Source: the human T2T-CHM13v2.0 reference genome, Homo sapiens. From it: 64,000 nt of DNA. Shown piece by piece: positions 41,219-54,479 of the stretch. The notes beneath the pieces are model-generated. The model saw only the letters and a program-made list of their open reading frames with translations, was not told the DNA's origin and ran no database searches. The stretch is taken from the NCBI RefSeq assembly GCF_009914755.1, contig NC_060931.1; one strand, written 5' to 3'. Position 1 is the first letter of the stretch. Every line of letters starts with the position of its first letter. Made by a program: the position numbers and the translations under genes.

Positions 41219-41257
41219 AAACACGAGGATGAAAGTGAGGCCTGGCTCCACAGACAG
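41219..41257 (+). CDS. DPP6: DPP6 coding exon (approx. exon 12), 39 nt, phase 0->0: KHEDESEAWLHRQ
   Basis: Branch-point-like ctaat at 41196, acceptor catttcag, donor CAG|gtaact; in frame with neighbours. Confidence 0.96.
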
Positions 41258-42637
41258 GTAACTACTGCATGTCCGGGTCCCCACTGTCACCTCCACCTGA
41301 TCCACCCCAGGGCTGGCCCTCAGAGCTTCGACAACAGCAGAATGGCTTCTCAGAGTAAATCACACAGGGCTCCCCAGGCAGAAACAGACGGCGTGCCGGC
41401 TCCGCTCACGGTGCCTCCCGTTCTCCAGGGTTGCCCAGAGAGCTCCAGGAGAATCCGAGTTCCAGGGAGGGTCGTGTGAAAATCACGGCTCTTCAGAGCG
41501 TGGAATGTTTGGTGAGACCTCAGCTTGCAGTTAGATGCCAGCACCTTGCTGAATTGAAAATGAACAGTCCATCAAAGGTGGCTTAACATAATCTACTATA
41601 GTAAAAGGGTGGAAAAGTGGTGGATATCCCTGTTTGTTGCCAGGGGTGGTTTTGTTGGTGTCTCATTTGGAGTCACCTCCTCTGTGATTCCGTAAGACCC
41701 GTCCTCAGGGACATAACTGCAAACCATCCCTGGAGAGTCTTCATCCCTAACTCAGATAAAGGAACACACATTAAAACAGACTCTAGGAACTTGAGACCAA
41801 AAGAGATCAGGAGAAGCCCAGGTAAATCATTCTGAGACAATTTTTTCTAAATTAAACTTGCACAAAAAGTATCAGTATTTTCTTTCTTCAAGCCTTTTTG
41901 TCTCATTCCACACTCTGACACTAAGAAGAACAGGTGAAAAAGCTTTGGAAGCTTCCTGTCTCCTTATCCTTCCTAAGGGGATGAAAATTGTCTTAAAGAC
42001 TCTGGAAAAAGTCAAGCCAGACTTCAGTCTCATGAATTATGGTAGAGACACAGGTATGCTTCTTCATCGATATGGTGGATCCTATTTATGGAAAATAACT
42101 GAAGCTGGACAAAACTATCGCCATGGCTCTCCAAGAACATTCCAGCACTATAGATGCTGGGCTGCTGCTTCTGCCTGTGGAGTCAGGAATATAATTATCT
42201 CAGAAGTCAGAGCCTCATCAACAGACGGGCTGCTCCGAAATGTATCCTGTTTCTGCTCTGTGTCAATCTTATTCACAAGAGGAATGGTTCCACATGGCCA
42301 CTTTCATTTTACATGTCCCAATTTGGGTGCCAAGTCCAAGCCAAGAAGATATCAGGAAGAGGGAAGACTTAGGGAACCCTCAAACATTAGCATGCTGGAA
42401 AGTTCTTGAATGCCACCTGGACCAAACATATAAGCATATAAGCATACATATCAAAAATAGTATTGTGATGTTCATCTCACATTAGACAAATTGTCAGAGA
42501 GATTACAATAAAAGGAACATTTTGTAAACTCCGTTATCTATATATCATGTGTTCAACCAATATTTATGGATCTTACCAGGCACCATGCTAGGCTGTGGAT
42601 TTCAAAAAATGAGTCGGCTACTATCACTGAGCACACA

Positions 42638-43195
42638 TTGTGGTGTGTGTCAGAATTTTATTCCTTCTTATGGCTGAATAATATTCCAGAATATGTATGT
42701 AGTATATATCCTGGAATATTATACATATGTATGTGTGTGTGTTATATGTATATATACATATATATACAATATAATACATATACTGGAATATTATTCAGCC
42801 GTAAGAAGAACTGAAATAGTATTCCAGTATATTCCAGTTTGTTTGTCTGTTGATGGACATTTGGGTTCTGTCTACCTTTTGGCTGTTGTGAAAAGCACAT
42901 CTAATAACAGATACAAAAGGCTACCTTATTGTACAATTCCATCTATATAAAATATCCAGAATAAATAAACTCATAGACACAGAAAGCTGATCAGTGGTGT
43001 CCCAAGGCCGGGGGAGTATGGAGAGGAACAGCTTAATGAACAGGGGTTTATTTTGGGGTGGTGGAAATGTTTTGGAACTAGATAGAGGTGGCTGCACGTC
43101 ATTGTGAATGGACTAAATGCCACTCAATTGTTCACTTTTATTAGTATGTTTTCTTTTGTGTTATGGGAATTTTACCTCAACGATTTTTTAAAAAA
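42638..43195. mobile_element. L1MB-type 3' end with an inverted 5' segment (42638-42900 minus, 42904-43195 plus), inside L2-like sequence
   Basis: atggctgaataatattcca...gatggacatttgggtt (antisense) followed by cagatacaaaagg...gttttggaactagatagaggtgg...ttacctcaa (sense). Confidence 0.75.
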
Positions 43196-46100
43196 TTAAT
43201 AAGCTAGAGCATGAGCTCTTAAAGATGGTACATCCTAGACAGGGAGATGAGATGTTCACGTTACATCCATTGTGCAGGCTACGAGGGTGATCCTCAGACA
43301 TTCAGAAGCATTGCTGAAGTATTCGGGTGTTGGTGGGAGTGGGAGCCAGAAAAAGCGTGGTGGACATGGAGCAGGAGGCCCTATGCCAGGCCCACTTTGT
43401 GTTTGAACAGGAGGAGGTGAGGGACGTGATTCTTTGTTGGGGGCAGGGAGGCTATGGGAAAGCAAGGTGGACATGCACACTCTGCTTCCCTGTCCCCCTC
43501 AAGAGGCATTCTCACAGGGGGAGCTGGCTTCCCAGCTGGCCACCTGCAGTTCTGCCCTCTGGATGGACGGCAGAGTGCATGGTCCCTGGAGGCCCATGGG
43601 GGGCCGTGGTTCTGTCCTCCAGCGCTCACTTCATTAGCTCTACAGAGTAGCTACAGAGCCGAGGTCGTCAGCAGGACTTTCCTGTATTAGCGATTGTGTG
43701 TCTCATCGCCCATATGAGAACAGCTACTAAAGTGTGGGGTAAGACAGCCTGAATGGGATTCCAGAAACCAGATCCTTCCAAGCAGAATCCAGTCAACACT
43801 TAAAAGGTGGCATGAATTAAAATAATTCTTACTGTTTTCAAATGTAAAGTTTAAAGCATTTACTAAGCACACAGCTAAATTTTTAAAATAGCTGCTTAAA
43901 CGTATGCAATGCTGCCATGAGTTGGAAACATAAGGTTCTGTGACAGGTGTGTTTTCCTGGGATGGAGCGTCCCTGGGTCAGGTCAGCCCATCAGCTGCAG
44001 TTGTGATTGTGACACTGGGTTGGGGCATCCCGCCCATGGCAGCAGTTGGGAGGCCAGGATGTCTCTGAAGACCCTACAGGTTGTGAGTCTGCACCTGTGA
44101 AGATTGCAGCTCCATGGTCTGCAGGAAGATTTAATTTCAAACAGTTTCTTATGACATTGTTTTTTTCGTAAAGGAATTCATGGACCCTATTTTTCAAAAA
44201 CAATCTGTAGTGTTTCTGCATCCCTCGAGTTACTGTGATATCCTGGAGAACAACTTAGTAACTTTTTAAGACTGAACCTGCCACCTGCTGCCAGCGAAGC
44301 CATTGGCTGCTGCTTCAGACAGAGCCTAAGGGGGTTTTCCTGGGAGGGCTGCAGGCATGAGTGAGGGAGACACATGGAGGCCACATGCCCTCTACCCATC
44401 CATCTCCAATGGGTCACAGAAGCTTGCCCCAGCTGGCCCAGGAGAAACTGGCATCTGGAAGGTCCTGCAGACCTCAGGGAGACCCGGCCTGCTTAGGTCC
44501 ACCGATCTTCCAAGGACCCGGTGCAAGAACAGAGGTGAGTTGTAGCGAGCCTGCTAATTTTGTGTCATCTGAGCTGTTCATCTGAGCCGTTCATCCTCCT
44601 CTCTTCTCTTCCCAACTCCTTCCTGGAATCCTCAGTACGGTCACCCGCAGAGATTCCCCATGAGCCAAACAGAAGAGGAAAATGCATGTGTGGAGACCCA
44701 CCAAGTTCCCTCTCCTCTAGGAATATTCCAGAGAAGCAGGCAATCCCCCCTGCCACATACACACCCTGTCACTGCTGCGCTGACCCTGCAGAGTCAGTCC
44801 TGATGCAGACCCATGAGGATCCTCTGCCAGAACCATCTGCATTTGCCATAGAACCCCAGAGCCTATTGTTTTGGTTGAAGGATCGGTTCCATGGATCCAT
44901 TTCTGACTGTCTTTATTCTTTTATCGGAATTTTGGTTTTGTGATTTCAAAATTTGGGCTGGAAGGGGGGTTGGACAAAATTATTATATCTGAACCATGGG
45001 AAAAAAACACTGGCAAAAATGCTACAAATAACTCACAAAGAAGCTCTCATGAGTCAAAAGGGCTCCTTCTTCACAGATCTGCTGAGTGGAGTTGAGGAAA
45101 CCAGGCATTGTGTGTGATAAATTCTGTTATCCAGAGAGACTAGAAACGCTTCCCCCAAAATCAAATGAGAGACAGAACCAGGATAAAATCCAGGTCCCCT
45201 GGTCAACAATCATTGCACTTTGTCACTAAAAATACATTTACCACATGAGAAACCGGGTCTCAGAGAGACTCAGAGGCTTCACCTGTGTTCCGAGGAATGT
45301 TTCCCTGACAAGGTAGAGATGACATCACAACGGTGGAGGCCTTCTTATTATAAAAACAATGCTTCTGGCCAGAATTAATTATTTATTACATTTATTTAGA
45401 GTATCTTTGTCTGCCAAACGTGCAAACATTTCCCCCAGAAAACTGAAGGAATATAGCGCTACCCGCCGCACAGTTGGCAAATAGAAGTGCATTTTAAAAG
45501 CCAAATTAACCGCTGGTTTTTCCATTTCCTCTGCTTTTAAATACCATGCTTCCAACTCTAAATAGGAAAATAAATGTTTGCAGATTAAAGGTTCCATTTT
45601 ATTGCAAATATTCATGAAGATTAAATGTCATTTTAATCACATGTTAGTTTATTTCTCTGGGCATATCATATCTGCATGGGTTCACTCACTGTAGGGAAAT
45701 GAGTTTTGCTTGTGCCAGCTGGGGTTTATTTACCATTAGTTCTCATCCCCGCATTCGTGTGAAGCTCCTTGAGTCAGAAAATACATCTCGCAACCAACTA
45801 ATTGGTGTTCACGGATGGAAACTTTCAAACTTGGGCTTCAGAGAGGCCAAGGTACCGCGGTAGCAAAATCCTTTTTCGCCCATCAAAGCAACAGCCACCC
45901 TGTGGGCTGGTGGAAGGCTGAGGCCGCTGGCTGTTCACTGTCCGGGGACCAGGCAGAGATGGTGGCGACACCTGCCCTAAATCCAGCCTGGAACCCTTCC
46001 CCCAGGGAAAACTGGGCATGCTGATTCTGTTTCCAGGGAAAAGAGACAGTAGATCCAAGCAAGTGTTGTCATCCAGTGTGGCCCGAGGTGGAGCGTGTCC

Positions 46101-46728
46101 CTGGGACTGCTGTCCCCTCCCACCTGTGTTTTAGAACCCGTGGCATTTGTCCTTGTGTTTATTTTCTTTTTTTCTTGCCTTCTTGATGGGCTATTCAGTG
46201 TGAGATCAATTGTATTCAATAAGAAGAAAAGACAGGATTGAAAGAATAGATTTTGCTTTTAGGCAAAATCTGGTTTGGGATTGTTGAGAATTATGTTTTT
46301 TTCTGATATATAATAAATGCCACTGGAGAAATCTCACAATACACTCTGGTTTCAATGGGCAATAATTCAAGGAGGAAGCACCTCCTTTTGAGTTTTGAGA
46401 GCAGAGTTCCTGTTCTCACTGGTGAGCTTGGCGTGCACATGGGGCTGGGTTTTGTCTCGGTGCTGTGTAGACTGAGGGATGCCTTTTTATTTGCCACTGC
46501 CGGGGCTGTAGCCTCTTAATTCCTCCATCTTCTTCTTTTAGAAAACGTAACAGTTGACTCATGATTCCCGAGGAAAGTGACGGCCTCATCAAGCACTTAT
46601 TATTTCAACTGTTCCTCTCCTTAGAAATTACATAGAAAATGTATCTCGGGGTGTATTTTATCCTGGTTCAACCTCTTCAGAATAAATGATGTTTTAGTTG
46701 TGGTTTCATCCGTGGCCTTTGTCCACAG

Positions 46729-46836
46729 AATGAAGAACCTGTGTTCTCCAAGGATGGCCGAAAGTTTTTCTTCATCAGAGCCATCCCCCAGGGAGGACGA
46801 GGGAAATTCTATCACATCACGGTGTCCTCGTCCCAG
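46729..46836 (+). CDS. DPP6: DPP6 coding exon (approx. exon 13), 108 nt, phase 0->0: [36 protein letters not shown]
   Basis: Acceptor ctttgtccacag, consensus donor CAG|gtaagt; P-x-FS-x-DG propeller motif. Confidence 0.98.
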
Positions 46837-47477
46837 GTAAGTCCTGCTAGTTTCCGGAGCTGAACTAGAAACTGGCCTGCTAGAGGCCGTGGGGTGACAG
46901 CCTCTAGGGCTGGGCACACTTGCGTTTTCGAGGACCCCAAGGAATCTGAAGGTGGTTCCCGAAGGCAGGGCAGGGCATGGCGCTGGTGAGTGCAGAGGTT
47001 CCCATCAGGCCTGGTGGAACCTTGCTCTATCTGGTCACGTGAGAGAATGTGAATGACGCTTCTGCCAAGGTCAGCAGAGACCCTGGGGTCCCCTGTTCAG
47101 TGTAAGGCCAAGGATGTTGGAGGACTGTCTGTGCCGGGGGCCCTTTCCTTCTCCCTCTGCTGAGGGTCTCCTTAACATACTCCCCGCTGAGGCATGGCTC
47201 CATGCACTCAACATCCCTCAGGGGTCCAGCCTCCCATGCTGCCCTACCTCCACCCGGAGTTGGATGCAGGTATTATTTTATTATGTGACCGCTACCAGCC
47301 ATCACTCACTGGTTCTGGGGTCTGGCGAGTTCGGAATGGAGCATCCCTGAGTAGGGAATCTCAGAGATTAATATACGTGAATCTAGGATCAAAAGTAGAC
47401 ATCTCGGGGTCACCATCTCCTGAAGAGGTCACCTCAGGGAGCCTCACGCCTGCAGGACGGGGCTGCCATGGTGTTGA

Positions 47478-47667
47478 CTTTGGGGGACTCTGCCCTGAGG
47501 AAGAAGGGAAGCATGATCTTGGATCTCCTCAGTTTTGGAGGCAGTCTAAAGTTATTTGGGATCAGGGTAAATGAATGAAATTTGATTAGAGAAAATGTTA
47601 ATCACAAATATTCTATGGCTATGACATAGAAGGCTCATATTTATGATGAGGCCTCAAAGGCAATTTC
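47478..47667 (+). repeat. Copy 1 of a 190-bp dispersed direct repeat
   Basis: About 88% identical to 50772-50961 by manual alignment. Confidence 0.93.
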
Positions 47668-47706
47668 AAAAGAAAATCCAAGAACATCCGCACTAAGAGC
47701 AGCTCT

Positions 47707-47781
47707 GATGGAATCAGGGTGGGGGCTGCGGGACCCCTGGGATGGAATCGGGGTGGGGGCTGCGGGACTCCTGGGATGGAA
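47707..47781. repeat. 34-bp G-rich tandem duplication (2.2 copies)
   Basis: gatggaatcRgggtgggggctgcgggacYcctgg at 47707 and 47741. Confidence 0.9.
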
Positions 47782-47844
47782 ATGGCGTCTCTTGGAGGTT
47801 CAGGTGCAATTTTTTCTCAGTGCACTTCATGACACGATTGATAG

Positions 47845-48273
<429 letters not shown>

Positions 48274-49236
48274 TTATCCAAGTTGCCATCATTTGCCCGG
48301 AGCCCTATCAAACATTCCAGCAGGAAGCAGGTCTCCTGCACTGCCCATGAGGCACCACCTCCTGCAGGTTCCCAGGAACCCCTCGGGGGGCCCCCAGGGC
48401 CTTCCCTTTCAAAACCTGCTTCAAACTCCCCAGCCTCTCCTACACGCTGTCTGCGCCCCCAGGCCCTGCTGCCCCCCAACCCCCATGTTCGAGTCTGCAG
48501 CCCACAGAGTGTGTGCCTTGGGCCCTCCACCTAGTTTAATCTCCACCTGCTCTGCGCCCACCTCCCAGGGCATCTGCCTTCCAGAACAGCTGCCCATTTC
48601 AAATCCCCACTGAAACATCGCTCCCGCCTAGATGGCCCTGTCTCTCTCTTCTGTTACCATTGGTCGTTACCATTGTCTGTTACCATTCTTCTTAGCTCAA
48701 GGGGAACATAGGGAAAGACAATGCGTGCAAAACTTGTAGTGTGGCAATACAGGTCCAAACTGTCCTTGTCAGTGGCAGCAGGGAGCGCCCTTTCTCCCTC
48801 CGTTTATTCTTCTCTCTTTTTCCCTCCACCTCCCGGCATTTGTCTCTTTCCTCCCTCACTGGTCCCCCTTCAGTAATGGCTCCATTAATTAGATTTACAA
48901 ATGAAAAAGGCCTATAAAGCATTGATTCTCCTCCTGAGATGCTTCCATCATGGTTGGAGGCCAGGTCCAAGTGATTCGCGTCACCAAAGAGGACAGGGCA
49001 CTGTTCCCACCACTGACATTCGGGGGTCGGGGAGGCTGCGGGCCTGGGGTTGGTTGGGAAGCCTCAAGGAGGATGTTGCCTCCCAGGAGAGGAGCAGGCA
49101 GAAGGGGCAGAGAGCCCTTCCCACAGAGAGAATGGCAGCCCCTGTCACCTGGTGTCCAAAACAGTTGGAGGATGAAGAGCCATGCTGGGGCCGGGACACC
49201 GGTGTCTGCTCCTGATGCCATGTCTGTGTGTTTCAG

Positions 49237-49328
49237 CCCAACAGCAGCAACGACAACATCCAGTCCATCACCTCCGGGGACTGGGACGTGACCAAGATCC
49301 TAGCCTACGATGAGAAGGGGAATAAGAT
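49237..49328 (+). CDS. DPP6: DPP6 coding exon (approx. exon 14), 92 nt, phase 0->2: [30 protein letters not shown](I)
   Basis: Acceptor tgtttcag, donor GAT|gtgagt; IT-x-G-x-W-x-V family motif. Confidence 0.98.
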
Positions 49329-49599
49329 GTGAGTGAGAACCAGGGGCCTGCCCCATCTTACTGGCCAATGGGGCACATTTGTTATTTTTTGTCAATTACA
49401 CTTATGGAGTACAGGAGCACAGGAGGCCTCCTCTTTCCTCCTCAGGCAGCATCACTGACTCCTAGTTTCTTCATGAAAATGTATAGTAGATTCCCGTCCC
49501 AACAGTCCGACTTCCAGAGCTGCGGCGTCCTGAGGACGCAATTAGGCTTGCAGCCAGCCCATGAAGGGAAGCACGCTAGCGGCAGTAGTAGGGGTAGTA

Positions 49600-49820
49600 C
49601 TGATGTTGATTGAGTTTTTACTAGTCCAGGCTCTAAGCCAAGTGCTTTACAGACATTATCTCATTGAATACAACAGTTTCATGAGGTGAGTTTACTGCTT
49701 TCCCCATTTTAAAAATAAGTAAATGAAAACAAAAATAAGTAATTTGCTCCAGGTTATTCAGTTGGTAGCGGGTAGATTTGGCTCAGATGAGGGGAGCCCA
49801 GTTCGGAGGACTTTACCACC
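49600..49820 (-). mobile_element. MIR SINE
   Basis: ctaagccaagtgctttacagacattatctcatt...ccccatttt...aagtaatttgctcc. Confidence 0.7.
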
Positions 49821-50289
49821 ATACAATTTCACCTCCCTGCTCCCGGGGTAAAAGCCAAGGTTTCTGCATTGGGAGGTCTTAGGTGAAAATGAGTCAACAA
49901 CTATTTATTGGGCCAGGCTATATGTCTGAACTTGTCTTAAATGTGCTCAGCTCCTTGCCCTTCAGAAGGTGAGTGATCTTGTAAAAGATTTCCACATCCA
50001 CATTCAGGTGTGTGTCACCCCCAACCACAGTACCCTCTGGCCACGAAGCAGAGGCCAGTGCAGGGGGCACCCGGAGCCAGTGGAATCTGCACTGGTGTCC
50101 CTCAGCCCTTAGGTGTCTGGCCACCCCCTGCTCTGGTCACAGGTGTAGCTGGACCTGAACAGGGGAGCTACTCCCTGCAGGCCATGGGCGGCAGTCCCTG
50201 AGGAGTGTCCATAGAGGTAGTGCCAGGAATGTGAAGTGCAGACGTGCCTTGGAGCAAACTAACCCTGTGCACCTTGGTGATCTTTGCAG

Positions 50290-50337
50290 CTACTTCCTGA
50301 GCACGGAGGACCTGCCTCGGAGACGACAACTCTACAG
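50290..50337 (+). CDS. DPP6: DPP6 coding exon (approx. exon 15), 48 nt, phase 2->2: YFLSTEDLPRRRQLY(S)
   Basis: Branch point actaac near 50257, acceptor ctttgcag, donor CAG|gtaact; YF-x-ST...R-x-LY motif. Confidence 0.97.
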
Positions 50338-50771
50338 GTAACTCCTGCTCCCCCTGCACACAGGGCTCTCCCCCTTAGGAGGGCATCCAGGCTTTGCAGA
50401 ATTGCACCTTTTCAGCAGTTCGGAAAGGGCGGCAGCAAAGACAGACCCCACCACAGAGGAGTAGCTGTAGAGTCTGGAGAGAAGTAATGAAACTTGCAGA
50501 GGCCACCAAAGGGGTAGTTTTGAGACTTTTGAAGCTTTATTTTTCTGCTGTTGTTGACTTGGGTTTTCCCTGTCACCCACTTGCCTCTTTGGCTAACGGA
50601 TGGACTTTAACCCGTCTTTCCTTTTCACTTCTATTCAATGTCACCTTGGAGGAATTCTGCCCCCCCTGCCCCACCACAGATTTTTTGTAGGGAGCAGAGT
50701 GTGATTTGGAAACAAACCCGTGGGTCAGCACGAGGAGGCCGGCCCTGCTGTCCGGCATTGTAGCTCACTGG

Positions 50772-50961
50772 CTTTGGGGAACTCTGCCCTGAGGAAGACA
50801 GGGAGCATGATCTCGAAGCTCCTCAGTTTGGAAGCAGTCTAAAGTTATTTGGGATCAGGGTAGGTAAATGAAATTTGATTAGAAAAAAAGGTTAATCACA
50901 AATATTCTATAGCTATAAAGTAGAAGGCTAATATTTATGATGAGGCCCTAAAGGCAATTTC
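50772..50961 (+). repeat. Copy 2 of a 190-bp dispersed direct repeat
   Basis: About 88% identical to 47478-47667 by manual alignment. Confidence 0.93.
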
Positions 50962-52365
50962 CCTTCTCAACAGCCCAACTGTGCGACTTTGGACAAGTTT
51001 CCAAATCTCAAAGAGGGCAGGGACCCTGTGTTCTGAACCCTGGAGGGGGACTGGTTTTTTTTCTAGGGCGTGTCCCTCTTCTACATTTAGTCCTGTCATC
51101 TGCCCAGTCACTGTTCTCACTAAAGGAGGCTTTGGGTTGTGAAGTGAGATTAGCCCTGGGCACTTTCTACCAGGGCCACAGAGGTGAGGAGGGGGTGCCT
51201 GCTGCCTCCCCCGTGCCTCTGCATGGGATGGCTGCAGCCAGTTACACCTAAAGGCACCTGGGCCGCTGAAGAGGATGTTGTTCAGGGGAGACCTGAGGCT
51301 TGAGGCCAGTGGCGCATTGTCTAAATGGTGCCAATGCCTGTTGCCCCCGCCCCACTGCTGGGACATTGGGAAGCCCCCCTGGTGAACGCAGCCTCCCTTC
51401 CCAGCCATCGGCCGCTATGCGGACAGGATGAGGTCAGCATGAGGGAGCCAGTCCGTGTAGATGTTCCATCGTCACCATGTGTCTACTAGGAAAATTGAAA
51501 TACACATGTCACCAATTAATAAACATGAGAGGCTGCCTGTGGCCCCTGTCCTCTAAATTACAGAATGAGAAGGTTGTCTTCTCTCTCCCGTGAAATATCT
51601 TTACTCCTGGAACAACAGACTTCATATTGAAACCTATGGTTAGAGGGGACCCTCCTGCGGCAAAATGTTCAGATAAGAACTTCTTCCAGGTAGATCCGGT
51701 ATCTTAGGATCTTTCCATTTTAGGGAGCACATTTTAGGCCTTCTTGACTTGAAATGACACTTGACCACAGTGGTCCCAGGTAACATCTTCAAGCCAGTTC
51801 CCACTTGTGTAGCTCCGTTGAGTGGGAAGCGCGAGCTCTCGAGGTTTCACTCTGTCAGGGGATGTGGCTTTTGGAAGCTGCCAGAGTTCAATTCCACTGG
51901 TGCTGCTGGAGCCCCTGCCTGCTCACATGCCAGCGTTTGGAACCCAGATAATTTGAAGATATGTCACTCTGTCTACTGTTCTCAGATTGCTAGCCATCCA
52001 CTCAGAGGGACAGGACACGTGCAGATAGAGTGCTAGATCATATAACACTGACAGCTCCATGCTCCTCACACCAGGCCACCTGCAGAGCCTGGAGAAGGCA
52101 GCATAGGTGACTGCCTTCCAGCCCTCCCACAAGCAAGGATGCTGAAAGCTCTTGAGAGTGGGAGGGACCCACCAGCAAAGGAAGGTGGAAATGGAGCTGG
52201 GTGGTCTCAGGGGCTCCAGCAGGGAGACAGAGGGAGAGGCCCGGGGGGTCTGTAGCAGGGCTCCGCAGATCACCCTCATGGGGAGAGCCCACCAGCTTGC
52301 GGCACCCAGCGTGGAGGGCAGCTCCTCTCCGCCCACATTCACACCTGCGTCCTTTGCTCTTCCAG

Positions 52366-52484
52366 TGCCAACACGGTGGGCAACTTCAACAGGCAGTGCC
52401 TCTCCTGTGACCTGGTTGAGAACTGCACCTACTTCAGCGCTTCCTTCAGCCATAGCATGGACTTCTTCCTGCTCAAGTGCGAAG
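52366..52484 (+). CDS. DPP6: DPP6 coding exon (approx. exon 16), 119 nt, phase 2->1: [39 protein letters not shown](G)
   Basis: Acceptor ctttgctcttccag, donor AAG|gtcagc; CLSC...C...SFS...C-x-G cysteine-rich motif of the DPP4 family. Confidence 0.98.
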
Positions 52485-52895
52485 GTCAGCTCCTGCCACC
52501 CCGTCAGGGCAAAGAGCCCTGGCAGGCACATTTGCAGGGAGGGGGTGGGCACACTTGCAGGGAGGGGGCGGCGGCTGTGGTGGGAGCACAGCGTATTCCA
52601 GAACAGGTGAGGATCCCGCCTACCTGATAACATTGCTTATGGTGCAAGATGACTGGACCCCCACAGAGCCTGATGCAGTGGGGCTACTTTACGTTTCATA
52701 CAGGTGTACAGCTTATCAGAGTGTTCTGTGCACACTGTGCCAGTAATCTCTCAGTTTGTCTCCCATTGTCCACAAAAAATAATAGTCCCATGAGCTAGGA
52801 AGGGCAAATATCCTACACAGTGATGAGCCAAAGCCATCAATCCATCAATAAAGATAGGAAAACAATTTCAAAGATTAACTTTTCAATCATATTTA

Positions 52896-53240
<345 letters not shown>

Positions 53241-54479
53241 TCAGAAAAATATTTCCCTATGTCCCAATTCATTGATAATTTATCCCAAACTGCAAGAGTT
53301 TGATCACACCAACCAGCATACACAAAAGAGTAGGCCATGTTGCATATGGGATACAAAGGATATTTTTGCTGCTTGTCTGTATCTTGGAAAGATATGATAT
53401 GAACCCATGGAAAGGTAAGTCATCCTAAATATGGTCGTAACAAAATATGATCTCCTGCGATGACCTCAAAGAATGAAAATATGCCACAGGCAGAGACTAA
53501 GATCAGGAGCAATTCGCTCCTCTGTCAGAGTTTCAATCCCCTAAGCCATAGGTGGAGAATGAATAACTTTTATCAGAGCGATGTCTTTGCTAGCCTTTGC
53601 TAGCTACTAGAGAGCTCATGACTTCATGACTTCGTTCTCTTTTTATCAGTGTCATCTAAAATCTTGAAAATCCGCAGAACAGGGACACTCAGCCTCTTGC
53701 TCAACACAAGCTCAGCCCCTGACATTCTTCTAAGACAGCAAGGAGACCACGGAGGGATGAGGGGGGTGCGACTGAAATATAACATTAGTGCCCCAGTCCC
53801 CGCAACGTTAATGGTACCAAATTCCTCTTTCCTGTGTGTCCCAAGAAGGAGGCCACCAAGTATCTGAAATCATAGAGTGCTGTAGGGGAAAGAACCTAAG
53901 ATCTAACTGACCCACTTCATGTATCAGATGGCAAACCCTAAGCCAGAAGTTGAGTGGATTCCCTGACTCCCAATGAGCCAGTGACACAGAGAGGGCCAGC
54001 ATCAAGGTCTCCCAGTTCCTAGCCCAGTGACATCTGTCTCCTAGGGCGGGATCTTCTTGAAATAAGAACTTGGGAAATTACAGGGATTGACGGGGCATAG
54101 GGATTGGGAAAATGTGGCAAGCAGACCCACTAGGAGCCAGAGAGTCTTTTGAGGAGCTACATAATCAGAATCCACAATCCTGTCTCAGAAGCAGGAGGCA
54201 GCTTCAGCACACAGGAGGTCATGATCAAACACAGAAGTGAAAAATTGAAGTAGATTTCAAGAAGAGTGCCCCAAGCAACAAAGGTTGAATGAGAAAGGTG
54301 ACAGAGCCTCCATCGTGGAGATCCTGAGTCAGGGACAGAGGTCATTTGCCAGAGGGGCTTGGTCTGGCCTAGGCAGGAGGCAGAGCCTTTGGGATCTGAG
54401 GTCTGCACTGGTCAAGACAGCAACTTTATGGATTTGTATTTCCCAAATTCTTACTATAACCAGCAAGAAGGGTCTGGCT

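Noticed and set aside
41858-42409. 183-aa intronic ORF
   Set aside because: Non-ATG start, no motif and no splice support; within chance length for a 64-kb window
51923-52633. 236-aa antisense ORF and 152-aa alternative-frame ORF over the last exon
   Set aside because: Shadows of a GC-rich coding exon; no homology recognised
54200-54222. TTCAGCAC resembling a REST/NRSE left half-site
   Set aside because: The right half (GGACAG) is missing at the required spacing
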